A stretch of 64,000 nucleotides of DNA from Macrostomum lignano (taxonomy: Eukaryota). Of the stretch, positions 1 to 9,456 are shown piece by piece (the first letter of the stretch is position 1; each line of letters starts with the position of its first letter). The position numbers were made by a program, and so were the translations under genes. The DNA is taken from NCBI GenBank assembly GCA_002269645.1, contig NIVC01000621.1, positions 310,001 to 374,000 of the forward strand, given 5' to 3'. The notes under the pieces were generated by a model. That model was not told the DNA's origin and ran no database searches. It was given only the letters and a program-made list of their open reading frames with translations.

Positions 1-95
1 CTTCTAGTTAGAGTGTTGCGTTTTAAATGTTGCTGAGTGTATAGGAGTATACCGTATAAAATAGTTATATACATAAGCTTCATTTTGATATAGCC

Positions 96-533
96 CAGGG
101 GTCGGCAAACTTTTTTACCTCAAGGGTTGGGTGATGAGCCCAGCTCAGGGCTACGGGCCAGATGAGAGAGAGGAAAGGAGAGGGAATAGAAGAGATAAGA
201 AACAAGACAAGATTAGAAAAGAGGGGGGAGATGAGAGAAGGGAGAGAAGAGAGAGGGGAAGAGGAGAGAGGGGGAGAAGGAGAGGAGAGATAGAGGGGAG
301 AGAGGAGAGAGGAGAGAGGGGGAGAAGGAGAGGAGAGATAGAGGGGAGAGAGGAGAGAGGAGAGAGGGATGAGAGAGGGGAGAATGAAGTGAAGAGAGAG
401 GGGAGTGGAGGGAGAGGGGATGGGAGAGGAGAGAAGAGACATAAATATTGAGCGGGCTGAATCGCTATAATGGTGAAGTTTCAAAGGACCCAAGGGCCGG
501 ATAGGGAGGCTTCGCGGGTCGGAGTCTGCCGAC
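96..533. mobile_element. Non-autonomous hAT-like element with GA-rich interior (right TIR truncated)
   Basis: Left end CAGGGGTCGGCAAAC at 96 is a hAT-type terminus; right end GTCTGCCGAC at ~524-533; purine-only interior. Segment 477-533 recurs in inverted orientation at 52069-52140. Confidence 0.5.
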
Positions 534-1048
534 TTAATTACAAAAACATGCAAGGATAAGCTAATCGTTGCATCATGGTTGCGGTAAGTATAAATGTCAC
601 CATGTAGATATAAGAGACGAAACTACTGTATATAGAAAACCAAACGTAAGTTCAATCGCCATTAACAAGAGCATAGTTAAAACAAAACTAGCCACACAGT
701 TTCCTGTGGTTGCAAAACTAAGCAAAAGTATTGGAATTTTTTTAATCTTTACATTGTCAACTTTTCTGTTGATCAAGAATATTGTTCTATTGTATGTAAA
801 TACACATGTTCAGGCAAATGAAAATAATATAGCTATTGAGAATTTGTCAAATAAGAACCAGCAATATCGAAAAACCTATTTTATAAAAAGTTTACAACAG
901 GGCCATATTTGATCTCTAAAAAATAATAATAAACAAAAATGAATTTTCAACTTCAATATTCAATATTCTTAGATATATAGTAATTATAAACTACATGCGC
1001 ATGTAAATATACAAAAATCTGTTTAAGAAAAAATAAGTTTGCCTGATC

Positions 1049-1336
1049 TTAGTCAGAATCGGTATTATCAGTGATTGAGCCATCATCACCACCATCATCA
1101 TCATCATCATCATTATTAGCAGAAGAAATATCAGTTGAACTATCATCATCATGATGATAGTATGGACGACGGCTGGCAGAATTAGACCAATTTCTGTTTA
1201 ATCCTTTAATCCTTATGACACACATTACAAATAATATCAGACCGAAAATCAACGCAGGCCAATTAAAAGTAGCTGGCAACGCAGGCTTGCGTACTGCACT
1301 GCTTCTTCGTTTGCTGCACCGCACCCAGGGGTCCTT
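1049..1336 (-). CDS. Possible terminal exon encoding a transmembrane helix and acidic tail; upstream exons not identified
   Basis: ORF segment WPALIFGLILFVMCVIRI (hydrophobic) followed by a D-rich tail, preceded by a pyrimidine tract and CAG acceptor. No ATG in the exon; no family recognised. Confidence 0.3.
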   Translation of the reverse strand, partial: KDPWVRCSKRRSSAVRKPALPATFNWPALIFGLILFVMCVIRIKGLNRNWSNSASRRPYYHHDDDSSTDISSANNDDDDDDGGDDGSITDNTDSD

Positions 1337-1673
1337 CTGCAGGATCAAATAAAGCTGATATTATAGTTATTGGCAAAATGTACATTAATGTACATTATAG
1401 ACGCACATTAATTGGTTAGAATTCTGCCTTTTTGTATTGGGTGTCTCGCTAATGACAGTAAGGTTCTCAAATAAATTCCCATAGAATGCGAGTCTGATGT
1501 ACTTTTACGGTACAAAGGTTCGATTTTGCTTGAAGATTATATACACTGGCGTACACAGCAAATTATCTCTAAACTATTCCTTGACACAAGAAACCTACAA
1601 AAAAGAAGTAATTCAATACAAAGCATATCAAAACAATTATCAATAGTCTTACCGGGTGGGTGCTTGTCTCATT

Positions 1674-4600
1674 TTACTTAACGATTATATTTTTGGTATG
1701 AACCAGGCCAGTAGCCTCATCAGCTCGGACTCCAGCAGCCTCATCAGCTCGGACTTCAGCAGCCTCATTAGCTCGGACTCCAGTAGCCTCACCAGCTCGG
1801 GCTCCAGTAGCCTCACCAGCTCGGACTCCAGTAGCCTCATCAGCTCGGACTCCAGCAGCCTCATCAGCTCGGACTCCAACTCCAGCAGCCTCATCAGCTC
1901 GGACTCCAGCAGCCTCATCAGCTCGGACTCCAGTAGCCTCATCAGCTCGGACTCCAGTAGCCTCACCAGCTCGGGCTCCAGCAGCCTCATCAGCTCGGAC
2001 TCCAGCAGCCTCATCAGCTCGGACTCCAGCAGCCTCATCAGCTCGGACTCCAGTAGCCTCACCAGCTCGGACTCCAGTAGCCTCACCAGCTCGGGCTCCA
2101 GCAGCCTCACCAGCTCGGGCTCCAGTAGCCTCATCAGCTCGGACTCCAGTAGCCTCACCAGCTCGGGCTCCAGCAGCCTCATCAGCTCGGACTCCAGCAG
2201 CCTCATCAGCTCGGACTCCAGTAGCCTCACCAGCTCGGGCTCCAGTAGCCTCACCAGCTCGGGCTCCAGCAGCCTCATCAGCTCGGACTCCAGCAGCCTC
2301 ATCAGCTCGAACTCCAGTAGCCTCACCAGCTCGGACTCCAGTAGCCTCACCAGCTCGGGCTCCAGTAGCCTCACCAGCTCGGACTCCAGTAGCCTCACCA
2401 GCTCGGACTCCATCAGAAAAGACGGCCCATGTCTCCTCAGCGAACTCCGCTGCCAGATGCGCCACGTCGTACGCCGTCCTTTGGCACTCTGCGCCTCCCG
2501 ACCAATCAGACTTCAGCTGCTGATTGAGCTCTTCCACCAGAATCTCAGTCGAGTGCTTCTCGTTGTTAACCAGATAGATCCAGCGGACAATCCAGCTGTC
2601 CTCACTTGACAGGATTCTGTGCTCACGACTCACCATGAAGTTGTAGATGTCTCTGGTGTCTCCCGATTGGTGAAAGTTCGGATCAATACGTTTGTGTTTC
2701 AGTTCTTCTAGCAGACATTTTCGCACGTTTTCAAGCGATGCAGCATCTCTGTTTTCCTTGAGCACCCTCATCAGTGAATCAAGCTCGAATGCCTTCCGCT
2801 CTGCTTCGGAACTCCGCTGGTTAAACTGCTTTTTATAGTTGCCTTCTAGCTGCTTCTTCAACTGGCCAAACGCGTGAGGGTATGAGAACTCTCGACTCGA
2901 TCCCTTAAGCCGAACTGCCAGAGATCGATCGAGGACCTCCTTTGCCTCCTTCAGCACCGAGACGGTCATGTTGTTCATTTCTTGAACTGCCCTTCCAGTC
3001 TCCTTCGTCTGCAGCTTCGTCAGTCGGAATCGATTCGATCTCATGAGGTTTCCGCGATCGCCGGCGCCTTCAGCTGACCGAGTCGAGCTCGCTTTGCTCG
3101 TTAGCTGATTGAGCTCCAAGAACTCGGCGATTCTGAACTTTACAGACTCAAAATGGCCCGAATCCGATTCAGTTTTAATAGAGAAGCTGCTGGGATCATC
3201 CAGAGTCAGTTCGATCTTAGCGCACAGCTCGTACAACTCTCGGCGGAAGAACATCGGGTCGCTTCTAGCTTGAGTTGGACTTGACTCATCCGCCATCACC
3301 CTTACGGCAGTTCGCTGATTGGACTTTTTACGCTCAATGATGTCAAGAATTCGAGGAGCAGCATCGCAACAGCCGCATTCAAGACACTCCATCAGCTTCA
3401 TCAAATCGGAGCCGGGGTCTCTGAGTAGCGACTCGGCCACCAGTGCCTGCTTGTTTTTGTGATCACTGGACAGTTTCCGAAAACTTGCAGAGGCCTCAGA
3501 AAATTCGCCATTCTTCATAAAATAGCAACCCAGATGCTCTAGAGCAAAATTGTTTTTGTCGTCTCGCCTCAGAGCCGTCCTGTAGAGGCCTAAGACATCC
3601 AGCTGAACTTTGAATGTCCCGATGTTGTCGGCGTACCAAGCCAGGTACTCTTCAAAGCCTTCATGCCTCTCATTCAGTTGTCGAAGAAATGTTTCCTTCT
3701 CGTTGGGCCATATATGGTCCAATGTTTCCTCAGTGTCAAAGGCAGCAACGCACGATTCTACAGCCTCCTTTGTTTCGCCAATCTTCATTAGGAACATGGC
3801 CTTGTGAAACTCTACTGTGGCGAAATTTTTGTTGTAGACTGAGAAAGTTTCTCTCAGAGAGTCGTATGCGTCTACGACTGTGTCTTTGTTCCATTGTTCT
3901 CGCTGAAGCTCTATGAGTTTCAACTCAATCCAGATGTGACCAGGCTCACCTGCCTTTGCCTTGCCCTCTTTAAGCAACCGAATCGCCTCCTCTCTATTAT
4001 TGGAGCTTAGAGCTTCTTTGGAAAGCTCAAGGAAGAATCCAGGATCAACAAATACGCTTGCCACTTCTTTAGCGTCTTCAAACAGTCGATTTCTGATGAC
4101 TTCTAAATTGTTTGAACTAGATTTTAGACACCGAAACACTTTAAGGCAAATAAGGTACGCGACTTTCGACAGCTCTTTCTTTTCCTCAGCCATTTCCAAT
4201 AGAAGATTGGCAGCCTTTTCAACCAAGCTTTGGCACAGACTGGAATCCTCGTTGTGCAGAATGGCTTCAACATAGTTTGCGTAGAATGTGGCCGTCGTGA
4301 GACCTTTCTTCTCACCGATGCCTTCGGCTCTTCTCCACAAGTCCAACTGAGCTTCGTCAGCGGGTTTATTCACCGTCTGTCTGTCGCAACGAGCTCTTAA
4401 ATAAGCTTCACCATAGAGCCAGTAGAAGTTGCACCCCTTGCTGTGCTCCAATAGGATACTTGACGCCTCGGCGAAGGCACTGACGCCAATGGCGTATTTC
4501 ATTGGACCGAAGCAACCGAAGGTGACTCCCTTCGCTGCAAACGCTCGAGCCTTGCTACTCGGGTCAGTCCAGAGCTCTTCCAGTCTCTGCATTTCTGTCT

Positions 4601-4991
4601 CGATTTCGTCCGGTGTTAGTGGCCGACTTTTTCCTTTGCTCAGCTGCTTGAGGTGCAGCATGTCGGCCCTGATTACGAACTCGCTTGATTTCGCTTGATT
4701 GGATATCCAATCAAATTGGATATCCATTGGATATCCATATCCAATGGATATGACTCGCTTGATTTCCAGCGCTTCAGTGAGATATTGCTTGGCCAAGTCG
4801 AACTTTTTGATTCGCTTGCGAGTGCACAGGTACGCCAGGGTTGCCAGGTAGGCGGCCTTTTTGTGAGGCTCCCGTTTTATCTTGTTCTCCGTCTTTTCGA
4901 TCACGTCATCGATGTTAGATTTTGTGCAGTTATCATCTGTCTTCCAGGTGAAGTGGCACTCTAGCTGGTCTAACGAGTTCAGGCTAGTCAT
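1674..4991 (-). CDS. IFIT-like tetratricopeptide-repeat protein (~1105 aa) with helical C-terminal domain and 8-aa repeat tail
   Basis: Uninterrupted ORF. N-terminal LDQLECHFTW matches the IFIT-family signature (LECHFTW); TPR-like helices follow (AAYLATLAYL, AFAAKGVTFGCFGPMKYAIGVSAFAEA, ALEHLGCYFMKNGEFSEASASF). Start taken at ATG 4991 because an acceptor (ttcctcag) near 5027 and a donor (gtaagt) near 5203 define a 5'UTR intron. Confidence 0.8.
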   Translation of the reverse strand: MTSLNSLDQLECHFTWKTDDNCTKSNIDDVIEKTENKIKREPHKKAAYLATLAYLCTRKRIKKFDLAKQYLTEALEIKRVISIGYGYPMDIQFDWISNQAKSSEFVIRADMLHLKQLSKGKSRPLTPDEIETEMQRLEELWTDPSSKARAFAAKGVTFGCFGPMKYAIGVSAFAEASSILLEHSKGCNFYWLYGEAYLRARCDRQTVNKPADEAQLDLWRRAEGIGEKKGLTTATFYANYVEAILHNEDSSLCQSLVEKAANLLLEMAEEKKELSKVAYLICLKVFRCLKSSSNNLEVIRNRLFEDAKEVASVFVDPGFFLELSKEALSSNNREEAIRLLKEGKAKAGEPGHIWIELKLIELQREQWNKDTVVDAYDSLRETFSVYNKNFATVEFHKAMFLMKIGETKEAVESCVAAFDTEETLDHIWPNEKETFLRQLNERHEGFEEYLAWYADNIGTFKVQLDVLGLYRTALRRDDKNNFALEHLGCYFMKNGEFSEASASFRKLSSDHKNKQALVAESLLRDPGSDLMKLMECLECGCCDAAPRILDIIERKKSNQRTAVRVMADESSPTQARSDPMFFRRELYELCAKIELTLDDPSSFSIKTESDSGHFESVKFRIAEFLELNQLTSKASSTRSAEGAGDRGNLMRSNRFRLTKLQTKETGRAVQEMNNMTVSVLKEAKEVLDRSLAVRLKGSSREFSYPHAFGQLKKQLEGNYKKQFNQRSSEAERKAFELDSLMRVLKENRDAASLENVRKCLLEELKHKRIDPNFHQSGDTRDIYNFMVSREHRILSSEDSWIVRWIYLVNNEKHSTEILVEELNQQLKSDWSGGAECQRTAYDVAHLAAEFAEETWAVFSDGVRAGEATGVRAGEATGARAGEATGVRAGEATGVRADEAAGVRADEAAGARAGEATGARAGEATGVRADEAAGVRADEAAGARAGEATGVRADEATGARAGEAAGARAGEATGVRAGEATGVRADEAAGVRADEAAGVRADEAAGARAGEATGVRADEATGVRADEAAGVRADEAAGVGVRADEAAGVRADEATGVRAGEATGARAGEATGVRANEAAEVRADEAAGVRADEATGLVHTKNIIVK
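1709..2411. repeat. 24-bp tandem repeat (~29 copies), in frame in the IFIT-like ORF (GVRADEAA/GARAGEAT)
   Basis: Unit CAGCAGCCTCATCAGCTCGGACTC with variants; open in several frames. Confidence 0.95.
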
Positions 4992-6006
4992 GGATACTTG
5001 GCGTTCAAGTTTTAGTTCCTTGTTGGCTGAGGAAAAAATCATAGCGTTTGCCTCCTTTACGAGCGAATATATTATATGACAGCTGAAGGTACTGCCTCAT
5101 TGTCGAAAATGAGACTTGTGCGCTCCCATTGCTCTGAGGTGAAAGGAGGGTATGAATGAGGGCACCAGAAAGTTCTATTTTGCCTACGATCAACTTGTAC
5201 TTACCAAATTATAGTATTGTACCAAGGACTGTACAGTTGCAGTGGAGTAGGCAAGGAAGGGATATATGGGGTGGATACGCGGGCCAGTAGGGCTGGCCCG
5301 CGGGAAGGAAATTTTCTCGCCCAAAAGGGAAGAGAAAGGCTACCCCCACCCCTGCTGGTCATCCAGCATGAATGTACGGGATGGAAAGCAGTTACAATTT
5401 TATTACTCACGTAAGAGGGAACACGAATCATGTTTATATTTAGATGGCCATGCCATTTTTAGCATCAGCTGCGCCGAAACTTCAGCCGATGAGAATTTTA
5501 GACTTTGTAAATTTCGACGGCATAATATTTGTTGGCAAGCCGGACATAGGCTTATCTTATAACGACGTGCGCATTTTTCGACGAAGATTTTTAGAAGAAG
5601 CCTTCGATCGTACATGCACGAGTTGTAGACTATCGGCAGTAGATACCGCGGGGAGCGATTTTACGTTACCGCCGCTAAACAATCACTTTCAGAACAATAT
5701 TTTTCACTTCCTCCATAATCCAAATCATTTTATCTGCATTATCCCCAATAAAGAAGTCGCAAAATTAACAAGGTTATTTTATCTCCAAAACTTCCCAACA
5801 TGCTACTTTCATTCACTACTTGCTGAATACTTTAAATATCCATTCTTCAATTTGCTGCCAAAAACCAGATCATAACAACTCTAAAAAATCAGCGCAGGGT
5901 CCCCGCCCTCCTAAAAATACTTTTAAGTTCCCAGTTATCTTATTTAGGTTCCTACTAAATTTAAGTTACCCATTGTAGATTGAATATGATTACATGTGAA
6001 GTATCG

Positions 6007-6277
6007 GCAGGTGTGCAACCGACAGCTCAGCCGCAGCTATTGCGCGGCGCATCTGAAGGCTGCGTACGGCTGTTCAGTCCAGAGGAATGGGGGTCGCCAC
6101 ACACACAGCCTCAATTACCCCAGCTAATTCTGGCACCAATTTTACAGCTGGGTGAACTGAAGCAATGCAGAGTTAAGTGTCTTGCTCAAGGACACAAATT
6201 GTTCCGAGTGGGTCAAGAATCGAACCCCCGACCTTTCAGTCACGAGTCCGACGCCCTAACCACTAAGCTACAACCAC
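6007..6277 (-). mobile_element. tRNA-derived SINE, copy 1
   Basis: The minus strand starts with a tRNA-like head (A box TAGCTTAGTGGTTAG, B box GGTTCGATTC), followed by GTGTCCTTGAGCAAGACACTTAAC...CACCCAGCTGTAAAA, which resembles conserved V/Meta-type SINE cores. A second copy is at 7405. Confidence 0.8.
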
Positions 6278-6797
6278 CTATATCAGACTGATCATCATCA
6301 GAACAGCTATGGGAATCGAATTAACAAAATATAGGAGACTGGATTGATTAGAAAGAAGAAAACCAAAGTCACGTGGCTGCTACTGCTTCCATTTTAACCT
6401 TGAGGATTAAGTGTCAGAACTTTGCACTAACACCGAGGCGCATGGTGCATGGAACAAATTACATGCAAGTATGTAATTTGTAAACTTTGTAACTTTGGTA
6501 TCCGGCATGTGCCTGTAAAAAAAGTTTGATGAAAATAAACAACTCAAACAAGATTTCCAATTTGAAAATTTTAATTTCAGTCCGGGCACTAGGAAATAGT
6601 TCACCTTTGATGAATTCATTTCTATTTTCAGCAGTCAGGATCAACAGCAACGATAATCGATAATCGATCAATTTAGGCACTAGAAGCAATCGATATTGCT
6701 TACATAGAAGGCTAAAGCATGCACAGAGCACAAAAACCGATCCACCCAGCCGACATGTATCGATAGTATATAAAAAAAACGTTCAATCAGCAATTAG

Positions 6798-7921
6798 TTA
6801 AAACAGCATTCCTCCGCCAGACAGTTCCTGCCGTTTCGGCACCTCAACAAAGGAGAGCCAGTCGGATTCGAAGGTGGGCAGCAGGCCCATGCTGTTGCAC
6901 TTGTACAGAGCCAGCGCCAGAGCCGCCACATTGCCAAGCAGGTAGGCCAGCTTCTGAAGCGCTGCCTGCTCGCCTTCAATCATTGCGAACGTCGATTTGA
7001 TGGAGAACAGAGCTCGAACCGGCGACAGAAACATCATCACAACCATCATGATGGGGAAGATCGACAGCGAGTTGCCGGCCATCCACATTATAAAGATATT
7101 CATTGGCAACTGCCGCACCGGACCGAGGGCCACCTCCCAGCCGCGCTTGTTAATGAGGCTGGCCCCGTCGGTGGATTCTGGATGCTTGGCTGGAGCCTTC
7201 GGCGCGCAGTTGAGGGTTTTGAGGGATTAGATTGATGAAGACGAAATGAGGGAATTGGTCTCAGCTAACCAAGAGAACTTGATTAATAACAATGCTAATT
7301 GCAGGGCTATCAGCACCGTAGCCCACACAGGGGTGTGTGCAGCGACCCTGACTTTCTAATCGTCAGTAACAAAAAAAAAATTGATTACACCTGCTCCAAT
7401 TGGGTCAGATGTGCAACCGACAGCTCAGCCACAGCTACTGTGTGGCGCATTTGAAGGCTGCGTACGGCTGTTCAGTCCAAGGACTGGGGGGGGGGGGTCG
7501 CCACACACAGCCTCAATTACCCCAGCTAATGCTGGCACCCATTTTACAGCTGGGTGAACTGAAGCAATGCAGAGTTAAGTGTCTTGCTTAAGGACACAAA
7601 CTGTTCCGAGTGGGTCAAGAATCGAACCCCCGACCTTAGTTTTCAGCCGTGAGTCCTACGATCTAACCGACTCAAATATTATTCCATTAGTAACATTATG
7701 AGTGTTTACCTGAAATAACCCTTTGCAAGACTCACCTCGCGCTCAGAAAAGCCAGGCGGCTTTTCAAGCTGCTGCTGCTGCTGCGACAGCTGCTGAGAAG
7801 ACGAGGACGCGCCCGCCACTAACGAGGACTGGCAGCCCTGCCTGCGGATCGCCCAGCGCCGATGGCCGGCTGAGAGAACGGAAACGGCGCTCTCTGCGCC
7901 AGTTGAGGTTCGGCTTGACGA
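6798..7921 (-). CDS. EMC4: ER membrane protein complex subunit 4 (TMEM85); exons 7921-7736 and ~7196-6798; start codon not in these exons
   Basis: [36 protein letters not shown] and [17 protein letters not shown] match EMC4; upstream exon has HRRWAI...KPPGFS (EMC4 N-terminal motifs). Donor GAG|GTGAGT at 7735; acceptor TTCCAG|TCG at 7922. The exon-2 acceptor (AAG) is less certain. Confidence 0.88.
7405..7672 (-). mobile_element. tRNA-derived SINE, copy 2 (in EMC4 intron)
   Basis: High similarity to 6007-6277 over ~260 bp; B box retained, head more decayed. Confidence 0.8.
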
Positions 7922-8031
7922 CTGGAATATTTTTGTTTGACTGCTGTGAGCACACGGTGTTGAATCCGGATTGGGAATAGGCAGACACTTGGGGTTGGCG
8001 AGGAAAGTCAGGCGTGAAGCGGTGTTGAAGA

Positions 8032-9022
8032 TTGGGGTGGTGGGTGCTAGACATTGGGGTGGTGGGTGTTGAAATTGGGGTGGTGGGTGCTGAAGATTGG
8101 GGTGCTGGGCGATGAAATTGGGGTGGTGGGTGTTGAAGATTGGGGTGGTTGGTGTTGAAAACTGTGGTGGTGGGTGTTGAAATTGGGGTGGTTGGTGTTG
8201 AAGTTGGGGTGGTGGGTGTTGAAATTGGGGTGGTTGGTGCTGAAGATTGGGGTGGTTGGTGTTGAAAACTGTGGTGGTGGGTGTTGAAATTGGGGTGGTT
8301 GGTGTTGAAAACTGTGGTGGTGGGTGTTGAAATTGGGGTGGTTGGTGTTGAAGATTGGGGTGGTGGGTGTTGAAATTGGGTTGGTGGGTGTTGAAATTGG
8401 GGTGGTTGGTGCTGAAGATTGGGGTGGTTGGTGTTGAAAACTGTGGTGGTGGGTGTTGAAATTTGGGTGGCGGGTGTTGAAATTGGGGTGGTTGGTGTTG
8501 AAAACTGTGGTGGTGGGTGTTGAAATTGGGGTGGTTGGTGTTGAAGATTGGGGTGGTGGGTGTTGAAATTGGGTTGGTGGGTGTTGAAATTGGGGTGGTT
8601 GGTGCTGAAGATTGGGGTGGTTGGTGTTGAAAACTGTGGTGGGTGTTGAAATTGGGGTGGTTGGTGTTGAATTGGGGTGGTGGGTGTTGCAATTGGGGTG
8701 GTTGGTGCTGAAGATTGGGGTGGTTGGTGTTGAAATTGGGGTGGTTGGTGCTGAAGATTGGGGTGGTTGGTGTTGAAAACTGTGGTGGTGGGTGTTGAAA
8801 TTTGGGTGGTGGGTGTTGAAATTGGGGTGGGGGGTGTTGAAATTGGGGTGGTTGGTGCTGAAGATTGGGGTGGTTGGTGTTGAAAACTGTGGTGGTGGGT
8901 GTTGAAATTGGGGTGGTAGGTGTTGAAATTGGGGTGGTGGGTGTTGAAATTGGGGTGGTGGGTGCTGAAGATTGGGGTGCTGGGCGATGAAATTGGGGTG
9001 GTGGGTGTTGAAGATTGGGGTG
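8032..9022. repeat. G-rich 21-22-bp minisatellite between IARS1 and EMC4
   Basis: Units TGGTGGGTGTTGAAATTGGGG / TGGTTGGTGCTGAAGATTGGGG / TGGTTGGTGTTGAAAACTG. Confidence 0.95.
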
Positions 9023-9456
9023 GAGGATTATGAATATTATTTTCAAGAGTAGCAAATTAACTAATGAAGTAATTTTTTTTCAATCCACAATATCAGCCCG
9101 TGTAGGTATCCGTGTTTTATTAATTGAGCATGGTAAACAGAACAGAAGAAAACTATCGCAGTGTGTCTAACAATTCAAGGTTAGTGCCTATATATTTTTT
9201 CCTAGGAAGTTATTGAATTGGCATAGATTTTTCTTCTACCATACTGAAATTTTTGTTAAATATCGTTTGGTCAGTTGTCATTAATGATATATCAATTATT
9301 GACTGCAGAATTATCAGCTGATAACCCCAGGTACCGCAGGTTTAGACACAGCAAACAGAAACAGGAAGGGTGTCTGAATACGCTAATATCTTGTCTGTCT
9401 TCGAATATTATTGGCGCCAGAAACGCAGTTGATTTCAATTTATTGCAAGCTGTCAA

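Noticed and set aside
568-912. 114-aa ORF
   Set aside because: AT-rich, no motif, no splice or codon support.
1656-2609. Antisense Ser-rich and Leu/Glu-rich ORFs over the IFIT-like tail, and antisense ORFs over IARS1 exons and retrotransposon ORFs
   Set aside because: Shadows of the repeat or of GC-rich coding sequence on the other strand.
5300-5320. NF-kB-like GGAAATTTTC upstream of the IFIT-like gene
   Set aside because: A single imperfect site; not distinguishable from chance.
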